DNA of 27,458 nt from a virus (lineage: Duplodnaviria; Heunggongvirae; Uroviricota; Caudoviricetes): positions 1 to 27,458 of IMG/VR virus record IMGVR_UViG_2703718852_000003; one strand, written 5' to 3'. The notes below the pieces were generated by a model. The model ran no database searches and was not told where the DNA came from. It worked only from the letters and a program-made list of their open reading frames with translations. Within the stretch, counting starts at the first letter, position 1, and the number at the start of each line of letters is the position of its first letter. A program made the translations under genes and the position numbers. This document shows, piece by piece, positions 17,269 to 27,035 of this stretch.

Positions 17269-17484
17269 ATGAAATCCATGGATAAGTTAACAACGGGTGT
17301 CGCCTATGGCACCTCAGCAGGTAGTGCCGGGTACTGGTTTTTACAGTTGCTCGATAAAGTCACGCCCTCACAGTGGGCGGCAATAGGTGTGCTGGGTAGT
17401 CTGGTATTTGGCCTGCTGACGTACCTGACAAACCTTTATTTCAAGATTAAAGAAGATAAGCGCAAGGCTGCGAGAGGTGAATAA
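17269..17484 (+). CDS. S: Pinholin, phage 21 S21-type, with dual-start motif
   Basis: [26 protein letters not shown] ... two transmembrane segments, charged C-terminus; matches the remembered S21 sequence; the ORF-track start at 17206 is an unsupported extension. Confidence 0.85.
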
Positions 17485-17981
17485 TGCCTCCATCATTACG
17501 AAAAGCAGTTGCTGCTGCTATTGGTGGCGGAGCAATTGCTATAGCATCAGTGTTAATCACTGGCCCAAGTGGTGACGATGGCCTGGAAGGTGTCAGCTAC
17601 ATACCATACAAAGATATCGTTGGCGTATGGACTGTATGTCACGGACACACCGGAAAAGACATCATGCTCGGTAAAACGTATACCGAAGCAGAATGCAAAG
17701 CCCTCCTGAATAAAGACCTTGCCACGGTTGCCAGACAAATTAACCCGTACATCAAAGTCGATATACCGGAAACAACGCGCGGCGCTCTGTACTCGTTCGT
17801 CTACAACGTGGGTGCTGGCAATTTCAGAACATCGACGCTTCTTCGCAAAATAAACCAGGGCGATATCAAAGGCGCATGTGACCAGCTACGTCGCTGGATA
17901 TACGCTGGCGGTAAGCAATGGAAAGGCCTGATGACTCGTCGTGAGATTGAGCGTGAAGTCTGTTTGTGGGGGCAACAATGA
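17484..17981 (+). CDS. R: SAR endolysin (signal-anchor-release lysozyme, R21-type)
   Basis: N-terminal Gly/Ala-rich SAR domain [20 protein letters not shown] followed by lysozyme catalytic region; start overlaps the holin stop. Confidence 0.9.
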   Translation: MPPSLRKAVAAAIGGGAIAIASVLITGPSGDDGLEGVSYIPYKDIVGVWTVCHGHTGKDIMLGKTYTEAECKALLNKDLATVARQINPYIKVDIPETTRGALYSFVYNVGAGNFRTSTLLRKINQGDIKGACDQLRRWIYAGGKQWKGLMTRREIEREVCLWGQQ

Positions 17982-18445
17982 GCAGAGTAACCGCGATTAT
18001 CTCCGCTCTGGTTATCTGCATCATCGTCTGCCTGTCGTGGGCGGTCAATCATTACCGTGATAACGCCATCGCCTACAAAGAACAGCGAGATAAAAAAGTC
18101 AGAGAGCTGAAGCAGGCGACCGCCACCATTACTGACATGCAGCAGCGCCAGCGTTCTGCTGATGCACTCGATGCTAAATACACGAAGGAGTTAGCTGATG
18201 CGAAAGCTGAAAATGATGCTCTTCGGCGCAAGCTTGATAATGGTGGTCGGGTGTTCGTCAAAGGAAAATGCCCTGTGCCATCCTCAGCCGAAACCTCCAG
18301 CGCCTCCGGCATGGGCAATGATGCCACCGTCGAACTCTCTCCAGTTGCTGGACGAAACGTTCTCGGTATCCGGGACGGAATTATCCGCGACCAAACAGCA
18401 CTGAGAACGCTTCAGGAATACATCAGGACGCAATGCCTTCGATGA
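17978..18445 (+). CDS. Rz: Rz i-spanin
   Basis: N-terminal transmembrane segment, coiled-coil-rich periplasmic domain; start overlaps the endolysin stop (ATGA). Confidence 0.75.
   Translation: MSRVTAIISALVICIIVCLSWAVNHYRDNAIAYKEQRDKKVRELKQATATITDMQQRQRSADALDAKYTKELADAKAENDALRRKLDNGGRVFVKGKCPVPSSAETSSASGMGNDATVELSPVAGRNVLGIRDGIIRDQTALRTLQEYIRTQCLR
18198..18404 (+). CDS. Rz1: Rz1 o-spanin (lipoprotein embedded in the +1 frame of Rz)
   Basis: Signal peptide with lipobox (LIMVVGC), Pro-rich mature region, GAAGGAG ribosome-binding site; entirely within Rz. Confidence 0.7.
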   Translation: MRKLKMMLFGASLIMVVGCSSKENALCHPQPKPPAPPAWAMMPPSNSLQLLDETFSVSGTELSATKQH

Positions 18446-18715
18446 TAGCGATAATTTTACTCATCATCCTTCACATCTGGCTCTGTAGACAGGATGGTGA
18501 TCACTTCTGGAGTGAATCCAGATTAAACATCTCATTGCTGATGCTTGAGGTTAAACATCTGGCGCGCGGTAAGGGGCTGCGTTGAGATAAGAGCCAGTTC
18601 ATTACAAAGCCTATCTACGGATGGGCTTGATAATGGTTTGTTAACCTCGCTTATCACGAACGGCATTACCGCAGGCATTCACTGAGTGCCTGCGATAATA
18701 CTTTTGATAGTCAGA

Positions 18716-18907
18716 TTACAGGATAAAAATTAGATCGAAGTAATAACCTCCTTCCATTGTGATTTTTCCTTCACGGTATAACTCGCAAAGAGAATCGAAA
18801 GTTTCTTCATGATTATCGTTCTCAGGGAACCATGCTGGCTGGAAAGCAACTTTTCCTTTTTCATTCATTACTTTTAACATATAAGGGATAATATCTTGTT
18901 TTTTCAT
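18716..18907 (-). CDS. Small hypothetical protein (AT-rich, opposite strand, in the position of lambda bor)
   Basis: 63 aa ORF with AAGAGG ribosome-binding site; no family recognised. Confidence 0.4.
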   Translation of the reverse strand: MKKQDIIPYMLKVMNEKGKVAFQPAWFPENDNHEETFDSLCELYREGKITMEGGYYFDLIFIL

Positions 18908-19104
18908 AAAAAAACCTCTTATTTTGATTGAAAAGTTTTACGCGGCATTTAGAGTACTTGAAGTCACTTCTCATCTTTAACGTCCTCCGCAAATACATCG
19001 AAAATAATATTCACTTTGTGATTTGTAGTTACCTTGGAAAGGTACATAACTAACGAGAATTACTCTCATCATTGACGGGTCCTCCCGGTGGGGTGGCCTG
19101 CCAC

Positions 19105-19187
19105 GGGGCGGGAGCGTCGCGGAAAAAGGCTAGTTTTTGAAATTTTATTCGTCATCACCACCACTGTAATTGATTGATATTACAGTG
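19105..19187. promoter_or_regulatory. Putative cos region: GGGGCGGGAGCGTCGCGG resembling lambda cosN, then AT-rich segment and a 9-bp perfect inverted repeat CACTGTAAT-N8-ATTACAGTG
   Basis: Resemblance to remembered lambda cos (GGGCGGCGACCTCGCGGGTTTT...) and location between the lysis genes and the small terminase gene. Confidence 0.3.
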
Positions 19188-19291
19188 ATTTTATTTTTAT
19201 GGTGTCGATTCTGATTGTTTTTTGTTCATCACTAACACCGTTTGCCTAAAGTTGTTCGCAAGATGCATGTTTAAAACATTCTGGAGCGGGT

Positions 19292-19621
19292 ATGGATCGA
19301 GAGTTAAAAAATCTGACGCTGAATATCAGTCAACTGGCGGCATTGTCAGGTGTACATCGCCAGACTGCTGCGGCAAGGCTGCAAAATCTACCCGTTGCAG
19401 GGGGGCATGAAAGCAACCTCAAGCTTTATCGGGTGGTTGATATTGTGTCGGCATTTCTGGCATTACCACCGCCGGTTGCAGAAGGCGAAATGGACGCGCA
19501 TGAGCGCAAAGCCTGGTATCAGTCTGAACGTGAGCGTCTTAAGTTTGAACAGGAAACGGCACAACTCATTCCGGCCAGTGATGTCAGACGGGAGTTTGCC
19601 ATCTGGGCAAAATCCGGATGA
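19292..19621 (+). pseudogene. Terminase small subunit (Nu1-like), truncated or frame-disrupted
   Basis: N-terminal helix-turn-helix (LNISQLAALSGVHRQTAAARLQNL); ORF stops at 109 aa; a charged tail continues in another frame to 19769; no large terminase or portal gene follows. Confidence 0.55.
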
Positions 19622-19782
19622 TGTCAAACGTCGGCGCAAGGCCGAAATTGATGAAAACCGCAAGCTGGATCTGGTATTTGATACCGATCCGGCCAGTGAT
19701 AAAGGAGGCAGCAGTGCCGCAACGAAACGACAGGAGCCGCAGCACACCGACGACCAGTCCGAAGAATAATTCCTGGTTCAGG

Positions 19783-21945
19783 ATGCAGGCTGGTCACCAG
19801 AGTGACGCGGATATTTATATTTATGACGAGATTGGTTTCTGGGGTGTTACAGCGAAGCAGTTTATCAGTGATCTGAATGCACTGGGCGATATCACCCACA
19901 TTAATCTCCATATTAATTCACCGGGTGGCGATGTCTTTGAAGGCATCGCCATTTTTAATGCGCTGAAAACACATGGTGCGTCCATTACCGTTTATGTCGA
20001 CGGTGTGGCGGCGTCAATGGCGTCGGTCATTGCGATGGTGGGAAACCCGGTCATTATGCCGGAAAACACCTTCATGATGATTCATAAACCATTTGGCTTT
20101 ACGGGCGGTGATGCGGAGGACATGCGCACCTATGCCGACCTGCTCGATAAAGTTGAGGCGGTTCTGTTACCCGCTTATGCACAGAAAACCGGGAAAACCA
20201 CCGATGAAATTGCTGCCATGCTGGCGGATGAGACCTGGATGTCCGGTGCCGAATGTCTGGCACATGGATTTGCTGATCAGGTAACGCCAGCCGTTAAGGC
20301 AATGGCATGTATTCAGTCAAAACGTACAGAGGAATTTAAAAAGATGCCGGAATCCATTCGAAACATGATTACTCCGCCACGCAACAGTGCTCCACGCGTA
20401 CAGGATAATGAACCTGAAGCCTCCCGGACGCCAGTGCAGGCAGCAGCACCCGTGGTGGATGAAAACAGCATCCGTGCGCAGGTACTGGCAGAGCAAAAAG
20501 CGCGTGTAAACGGTATTAATGATCTGTTTGCCATGTTTGGCGGGCGTTATCAGACGCTGCAGGCTCAGTGTCTTGCCGATCCTGAATGTTCGCTGGAGCA
20601 GGCCCGCGAAAAGCTGTTGAACGAGATGGGGCGCGAGTCCACGCCATCCAATAAAAATACCCCGGCTCATATTTATGCCGGTAACGGTAATTTTGTGGGG
20701 GACGGGATCCGCCAGGCGCTGATGGCGCGTGCCGGATTTGAAAAAACCGAACGTGATAATGTCTACAACGGGATGACCCTGCGTGAATATGCCCGTATGT
20801 CACTGACTGAACGGGGTATTGGGGTTTCCAGTTATAACCCGATGCAGATGGTCGGTGCGGCGTTCACACACAGTACGTCTGACTTCGGTAATATTCTGCT
20901 GGATGTTGCGAACAAAGCCATTCTGCAGGGCTGGGAAGATGCCCCTGAAACCTATGAACAGTGGACGCGGAAAGGTCAGTTGTCTGATTTTAAAATTGCC
21001 CATCGTGTGGGTATGGGGGGCTTCAGTGCTCTGCGTCAGGTGCGTGAAGGGGCGGAATATAAATACGTCACCACCGGAGATAAACAGGCCACTATTGCAC
21101 TGGCGACCTATGGCGAGCTGTTCAGTATCACCCGTCAGGCCATTATCAATGATGATCTGAATATGCTGACCGATGTCCCGATGAAACTGGGCCGTGCGGC
21201 GAAATCCACTATTGCCGATCTGGTTTATGCCATTCTGACGTCTAACCCGAAAATCTCCACAGATAATGTAAGTCTGTTCGATAAAGCGAAACATGCAAAC
21301 GTACTGGAGAGCGCTGCAATGGACGTGGCACCGGGCATGGCACGCATCTGCCTTTACGGGGATTTACAACGATTTGGCCGCCGCATCGACCTTCGAGTGA
21401 AAACGGGGTCCGAAGCCATCCGGGCGCTGGCCATGCAGAACCCGGCGTTTCGTCAGAAACTGAGTGACGGCTGGTACCAGGTACGCATTGCCGGGCGTGA
21501 TGCAGGTGAAACCGAATTGTCTGCCCGTCTTAATGAGCCGCTGGCAAATGGTGCCGTGATCCACATCGTGCCGCGTCTGGCGGGAGCTAAAAGTGGAGGT
21601 GTGTTTCAGGTGGTGCTGGGGGCGGCGCTGATTGCGGTGGCATGGTGGAACCCTGTGGGCTGGCTGGGTGCCGCGGCTGTATCGGGCATGTATGCGGCAG
21701 GGGCCAGTATGATCCTGGGCGGAGTGGCGCAGATGCTGGCACCGAAAGCCAGGACGCCCACGGCAGCAAGTACAGATAACGGCAAACAGAACACCTATTT
21801 CTCCTCACTGGATAACATGGTTGCCCAGGGCAATGTTCTGCCGGTTCTGTACGGTGAAATGCGCGTGGGGTCTCGCGTGGTTTCTCAGGAGATCAGCACG
21901 GCAGACGAAGGGGACGGTGGTCAGGTTGTGGTGATTGGTCGCTGA
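19783..21945 (+). CDS. Chimeric ORF: ClpP-like prohead protease plus HK97-type major capsid protein (C-terminally truncated) fused in frame to a lambda gpI-like tail assembly protein
   Basis: Protease core HINSPGGDVFEGIAIFNALK ... ASMASVIAMVG; capsid-like middle; from about 21336 MARICLYGDLQRFGRRIDL ... NTYFSSLDNMVAQGNVLPVLYGEMRVGSRVVSQEISTADEGDGGQVVVIGR matches remembered lambda gpI. Confidence 0.65.
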   Translation: MQAGHQSDADIYIYDEIGFWGVTAKQFISDLNALGDITHINLHINSPGGDVFEGIAIFNALKTHGASITVYVDGVAASMASVIAMVGNPVIMPENTFMMIHKPFGFTGGDAEDMRTYADLLDKVEAVLLPAYAQKTGKTTDEIAAMLADETWMSGAECLAHGFADQVTPAVKAMACIQSKRTEEFKKMPESIRNMITPPRNSAPRVQDNEPEASRTPVQAAAPVVDENSIRAQVLAEQKARVNGINDLFAMFGGRYQTLQAQCLADPECSLEQAREKLLNEMGRESTPSNKNTPAHIYAGNGNFVGDGIRQALMARAGFEKTERDNVYNGMTLREYARMSLTERGIGVSSYNPMQMVGAAFTHSTSDFGNILLDVANKAILQGWEDAPETYEQWTRKGQLSDFKIAHRVGMGGFSALRQVREGAEYKYVTTGDKQATIALATYGELFSITRQAIINDDLNMLTDVPMKLGRAAKSTIADLVYAILTSNPKISTDNVSLFDKAKHANVLESAAMDVAPGMARICLYGDLQRFGRRIDLRVKTGSEAIRALAMQNPAFRQKLSDGWYQVRIAGRDAGETELSARLNEPLANGAVIHIVPRLAGAKSGGVFQVVLGAALIAVAWWNPVGWLGAAAVSGMYAAGASMILGGVAQMLAPKARTPTAASTDNGKQNTYFSSLDNMVAQGNVLPVLYGEMRVGSRVVSQEISTADEGDGGQVVVIGR

Positions 21946-21963
21946 TGCAAAATGTTTTATGTG

Positions 21964-21990
21964 AAACCGCCTGCGGGCGGTTTTGTCATT
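21964..21990 (+). terminator. Terminator-like hairpin between the gpI-like region and J
   Basis: AACCGCC-TGCG-GGCGGTT stem-loop followed by a T-rich run. Confidence 0.35.
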
Positions 21991-22005
21991 TATGGAGCGT
22001 GAGGA

Positions 22006-23877
22006 ATGGGTAAAGGCAGCAGTAAGGGGCATACCCCGCGCGAAGCGAAGGACAACCTGAAGTCCACGCAGCTGCTGAGTGTGATCGATGCCATCAGCGA
22101 AGGGCCGGTTGAAGGTCCGGTGGATGGATTAAAAAGCGTGCTGCTGAACAGTACGCCGGTGCTGGACAGTGATGGGAATACCAACATCGCCGGTGTCACG
22201 GTGGTGTTCCGGGCCGGTGAGCAGGAGCAGACTCCGCCGGAGGGATTTGAATCCTCCGGCTCCGAGACGGTGTTGGGTACGGAAGTGAAATACGACACGC
22301 CGATCACCCGGACCATCACGTCGGCAAACATTGACCGTCTGCGTTTTACTTTCGGCGTGCAGGCACTGGTGGAAACCACCTCAAAGGGGGACAGGAATCC
22401 ATCGGAAGTCCGCCTGCTGGTTCAGATACAACGTAACGGTGGCTGGGTGACGGAAAAAGACATCACCATTAAGGGTAAAACCACTTCACAGTATCTGGCC
22501 TCGGTGGTGGTGGATAACCTGCCGCCGCGCCCGTTTAATATCCGGATGCGCAGGATGACGCCGGACAGCACCACAGACCAGCTGCAGAACAAAACGCTCT
22601 GGTCGTCATACACCGAAATTATCGATGTGAAACAGTGCTACCCGAACACGGCACTGGTCGGCGTGCAGGTGGACTCGGAGCAGTTCGGCAGCCAGCAGGT
22701 GAGCCGTAATTATCATCTGCGCGGGCGTATTCTGCAGGTGCCGTCGAATTATAACCCGCAGACGCGGCAATACAGCGGTATCTGGGACGGAACGTTTAAA
22801 CCGGCATACAGCAACAACCCGGCCTGGTGTCTGTGGGATATGCTGACCCATCCGCGCTACGGCATGGGGAAACGTCTTGGTGCGGTGGATGTGGATAAAT
22901 GGGCGCTGTATCTTATCGGCCAGTACTGCGACCAGTCAGTGCCGGACGGCTTTGGCGGCACGGAGCCGCGCATCACCTGTAATGCCTGGCTGACCACACA
23001 GCGTAAGGCGTGGGATGTGCTCAGCGATTTCTGCTCGGCGATGCGCTGTATGCCGGTATGGAACGGGCAGACGCTGACGTTCGTGCAGGACCGACCGTCG
23101 GATAAGGTGTGGACCTATAACCGCAGTAATGTGGTGATGCCGGATGATGGCGCGCCGTTCCGCTACAGTTTCAGCGCCCTGAAAGACCGCCATAATGCCG
23201 TTGAGGTGAACTGGATTGACCCGGATAACGGCTGGGAGACGGCGACAGAGCTTGTGGAGGACACGCAGGCCATTCTCCGTTACGGTCGTAACGTCACGAA
23301 GATGGATGCCTTTGGCTGTACCAGCCGGGGGCAGGCACACCGCGCCGGGCTGTGGCTGATTAAAACGGAGCTGCTGGAGACGCAGACCGTGGACTTCAGC
23401 GTGGGTGCCGAAGGGCTTCGCCATGTACCGGGCGATGTCATTGAAATCTGCGATGATGACTATGCCGGTATCAGCACCGGCGGGCGCGTGCTGGCGGTGA
23501 ACAGCCAGACCCGGACGCTGACGCTCGACCGTGAAATCACGCTGCCATCTTCCGGTACCACGCTGATAAGCCTGGTTGACGGGCAGGGGAGTCCGGTCAG
23601 CGTGGAGGTCCAGTCCGTCACCGACGGCGTGAAGGTGAAAGTGAGCCGTGTTCCTGACGGCGTTGCCGGATACAGCGTATGGGGGCTGAAGCTGCCGACG
23701 CTGCGCCAGCGCCTGTTCCGCTGCGTGAGTATCCGTGAGAACGATGACGGCACGTATGCCATCACCGCCGTGCAGCATGTAACTACGGCTCCCCTTACGG
23801 AAACATTGACTTTATCGAGATCTCGGCGCGCGGTCTGCCTTCTTTGCTTAGTGCGGATAATGTTTCTCGTCATCTGA
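22006..23877 (+). pseudogene. J: Tail tip host-specificity protein J, N-terminal roughly 590 aa only
   Basis: Near-identity to remembered lambda J from MGKGSSKGHTPREAKDNLKSTQLL through ITAVQHV, then unrelated sequence and a stop after about 30 codons; full J is about 1130 aa. Confidence 0.8.
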
Positions 23878-26408
23878 GTATACGCCGCTTAGGGTCAACC
23901 GGGCTGACCGATAACAACCAGATGCGTTACGGCCTGGTTAAAGGTGATGGCTTTATTGAGGTTTGGGCCTTCCAGTGCGCATTTATCAACGGCGCAAAGG
24001 TTGCGGTACTGGCGCAGACGGCACGCACGGAATTATACATTCCAGACGGATTTGTTAAGCAAACCGCCGCGCCTTCTGGATATATTGAAGGCAACGTTGT
24101 AAGGATTTACGACCAGGTAAACAAGCCGACTAAAGCAGATTTGGGTCTTTCTAATGCTATGCTTACAGGCGCTTTCGGTCTTGGCGGTAGCGGGATATCA
24201 ACAAACGGCAAGATGAGCGATGTAGAGATCTTAAAAGCTCTGCGTGACAAAGGTGGTCATTTCTGGCGCGGTGATAAGCCGACCGGAAGCACGGCGACCA
24301 TTTATAGCCACGGTTCTGGTATATTCTCGCGGTGCGGCGATACGTGGTCAGCGATCAATATCGACTACTCAACCGCGAAGATTAAGATCTATGCCGGCAA
24401 CGATGCCCGGCTTAACAACGGGACTTTTAGCGTCAATGAGCTATACGGCTCGGCAAACAAGCCGTCGAAATCGGATGTTGGACTTGGCAACGTAACGAAC
24501 GATGCGCAGGTAAAAAAAACCGGCGATACAATGACCGGTGACTTGACAATCAAAAAAGGTACACCGTCAGTCTTCCTGCGGGCAGACAGTGGAGTCACCG
24601 CTTTGCGGTTTTATACTGGCGATAACACAGAGCGCGGCATAATCTATGCTGGTCCTAACACTGATTCGCTTGGCGAAGTTCGCATCAGGGCAAAGACAGC
24701 AGGGGGGACATCAGGAGGGGATCTTGTTGTTCGTCACGACGGGAGGGTTGAAGTCCGTGATCTCACAGTAGCGTATAAAATTAAAAGCAGAACGATTGAG
24801 ATTGCAAATACCGACACTGACTCATCGGCAACTACGCTCAGCATCTATGGAGTACAGCACACGCCGTTGGTTTTAACGCGTTCTGGTTCTTCTGAAAATG
24901 TGTCCATTGGGTTTAAGTTAGACAACATGAACCCAAAGTATCTTGGAATTGATACTAATGGGGATCTGGCTTTTGGTGAGAGTCCTGATCAGAAACAAAA
25001 CAGCAAATTGATCACGCAAGCGAAACTCGACAAGGGATTAACGATTGGTGGTCAACTGGCTTTCAAAGGTACGACAGCGTTTTCAGCCGTTGCTACGTTC
25101 AGTGCCGGGATAGCAGGAGCCATCGAGCCGGAAAACATTGACGGCCAGACGGTTAATCTTAACAACCTGACCATCATCAAGTCAGATGCCGGGGCAGTTA
25201 AATACTATATTTGTCCATCCTCTGCAGGTGGTGCAAATATCACCAACAAGCCTGACGGCGTAACAGGTAACTTTTTGCTCCGTGTTGAATCGACTCGTAA
25301 GGTTAGGGATTCAGATTATGCGAACATGCAAACGCTGATTAACAGCGACACAAAACGTATATACGTTCGCTTTGTTGTTAATGGAAACTGGACAGCGTGG
25401 AGTCAGGTTGTTGTTTCCGGATGGAATCAGGATGTAACCGTCAGGTCGTTAACCTCGACGACTCCATCAAAATTAGGTGGCGGGCGGATTGATGTGCTTG
25501 GAAGTACGTCAGATTATGGCAGCATGAATTGTACCGTTCGTGGTGTTGATAGCACTGGAACCAATTCGGCGTGGTCGGTAGGCACATCAGAAAGCACAGG
25601 CAAAAAGTTGTTCCTGAAAAACCACAGAAGCAGCGCTCAAGTGCTGTTAAATGGCGATGATGGAGCGGTTCAACTACTAAGTGGCACTGTTAACGGTGCT
25701 ACAGCGCAGGCGCTAACCATCAACAAAGATGAGGTTAACTCAACTGCCGATTTAGTAATTAGAAAACAAACAGGGACTGGCAATCGTTTTGCTTTACTTA
25801 ATTCAGGTAATTCAGAACTGCCAGTTAGCATCGCGGTCTGGGGGTCAAGTGATCGACAAAACGTTTTTGAGGTTGCAACGTCTGCTGCGTATCTGTTTTA
25901 TGCGCAAAGAACACCAGCAGGCCAGTTGTTTGATGTAAATGGCGCTATTAATTGCACAACGCTGAATCAGTCATCAGACCGCGACCTTAAAGACGATATT
26001 CGCGTTATCAGCGACGCGACGAAAGCAATCCGCAAAATGAACGGTTACACCTACACGCTCAAGGAAAACGGCCTGCCTTATGCTGGCGTTATTGCACAGG
26101 AAGTAATGGAGGCGATACCAGAAGCTGTGGGATCGTTTACTCATTATGGTGAAGAGTTGCAAGGTCCGACCGTTGACGGCAACAAGCTACGCGAAGAAAC
26201 GCGCTATCTTAATGTTGACTACGCCGCCGTGACGGGTTTACTTGTTCAGGTCGCCCGTGAAACAGATGATCGCGTTACCGCGCTGGAAGAGGAAAACACA
26301 ACGCTACGTCAAAATCTGGCAACAGCAGGCACCCGGATCAGCACTCTGGAAAATCAGGTAAGCGAACTGGTTGCACTTGTCCGGCAGTTAACAGGAAGCG
26401 AACATTGA
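23844..26408 (+). CDS. Side tail fibre protein with C-terminal intramolecular chaperone (peptidase S74-like) domain
   Basis: Fibre repeats (NKPSKSDVGLGNVTNDAQVKKTGDTMTGDLTI); C-terminal SDRDLKDDI ... coiled-coil segment typical of the auto-cleaving chaperone; true N-terminus uncertain because the frame is open upstream. Confidence 0.7.
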   Translation: MLSADNVSRHLSIRRLGSTGLTDNNQMRYGLVKGDGFIEVWAFQCAFINGAKVAVLAQTARTELYIPDGFVKQTAAPSGYIEGNVVRIYDQVNKPTKADLGLSNAMLTGAFGLGGSGISTNGKMSDVEILKALRDKGGHFWRGDKPTGSTATIYSHGSGIFSRCGDTWSAINIDYSTAKIKIYAGNDARLNNGTFSVNELYGSANKPSKSDVGLGNVTNDAQVKKTGDTMTGDLTIKKGTPSVFLRADSGVTALRFYTGDNTERGIIYAGPNTDSLGEVRIRAKTAGGTSGGDLVVRHDGRVEVRDLTVAYKIKSRTIEIANTDTDSSATTLSIYGVQHTPLVLTRSGSSENVSIGFKLDNMNPKYLGIDTNGDLAFGESPDQKQNSKLITQAKLDKGLTIGGQLAFKGTTAFSAVATFSAGIAGAIEPENIDGQTVNLNNLTIIKSDAGAVKYYICPSSAGGANITNKPDGVTGNFLLRVESTRKVRDSDYANMQTLINSDTKRIYVRFVVNGNWTAWSQVVVSGWNQDVTVRSLTSTTPSKLGGGRIDVLGSTSDYGSMNCTVRGVDSTGTNSAWSVGTSESTGKKLFLKNHRSSAQVLLNGDDGAVQLLSGTVNGATAQALTINKDEVNSTADLVIRKQTGTGNRFALLNSGNSELPVSIAVWGSSDRQNVFEVATSAAYLFYAQRTPAGQLFDVNGAINCTTLNQSSDRDLKDDIRVISDATKAIRKMNGYTYTLKENGLPYAGVIAQEVMEAIPEAVGSFTHYGEELQGPTVDGNKLREETRYLNVDYAAVTGLLVQVARETDDRVTALEEENTTLRQNLATAGTRISTLENQVSELVALVRQLTGSEH

Positions 26409-26591
26409 TATCCTTCAAGCTCTGAAGGAGGCTGTTCCCGGTACGTTCAGACTGTTGTTGAGCTGGAAATCGCAACGGAGGAAGAAACCTTGTTGCTGGA
26501 AGCCTGGAAAAAGTATCGGGTGTTGCTGAACCGTGTTGATACATCAACTGCACCTGATATTGAGTGGCCTACAGTACCTGTTATGGAATAA
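26409..26591 (+). pseudogene. Tail fibre assembly protein (Tfa) C-terminal remnant, no start codon
   Basis: In-frame after the fibre stop; encodes ...[30 protein letters not shown], the conserved Tfa C-terminus. Confidence 0.6.
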
Positions 26592-26648
26592 TCGTTACTG
26601 CTGTAGCCATAATAACGTCATATACAAGAGCTTGCTGGATTACGAAGT

Positions 26649-26850
26649 ATGCGCGCTGATTTTGAAGATAAAATCAGTGGTACAAAGTCCGAAAGGCCTG
26701 GGCTGAAAAAACTACTCAGAATATTATCGGCAGGTGACACACTGATTGTCTGAAAGCTGGACTGACTGGGGGCGTTTTTTCTTCCATGTTATGGGGCTCA
26801 GGCCGAAATGGAACGTGAACTGACTGTTAAGAGAACAATAGTCGGGTTTT
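26649..26850 (+). pseudogene. Serine DNA invertase (Pin/Hin/Gin family) remnant with N-terminal loss, internal deletion and two in-frame stops
   Basis: Translation MRADFEDKISGTKSERPGLKKLLRILSAGDTLIV*KLD*LGAFFLPCYGAQAEMERELTVKRTIVGF matches Pin segments FEDKLSGTRTDRPGLK ... DTLVVWKLDRLG and RFFFHVMGALAEMERELIIERT; catalytic Ser region missing. Confidence 0.6.
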
Positions 26851-27035
26851 GAGGCTGCGAGATTACATAGAGTTAATTGGTTGATTAATAGGGTATAGAG
26901 GTTATCCAACTATTCGTTACGACATATATTGTTGTTACCTACAAGTTATGAAAAATATATTATTTTATTGATTTTTTGTATGTACAGATTAATACTTAAT
27001 ACGCATCAATCTGCACATTTGCTTTTGTGAGAGAA

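Noticed and set aside
19618-19782. N-terminal extension of the 775-aa ORF (MMSNVGARPKL...)
   Set aside because: Protease homology begins near the ATG at 19783; the upstream frame is probably read-through of the deletion scar.
20313-21294. Minus-strand ORFs of 73-164 aa inside the protease-capsid gene
   Set aside because: Antisense shadow ORFs within a GC-rich, well-supported plus-strand gene; no ribosome-binding sites; Arg/Cys/Pro-rich composition.
22936-23873. Minus-strand ORFs (280 aa and 137 aa) inside J
   Set aside because: Antisense to a gene near-identical to remembered lambda J; composition is Arg/His-rich, typical of shadow frames.
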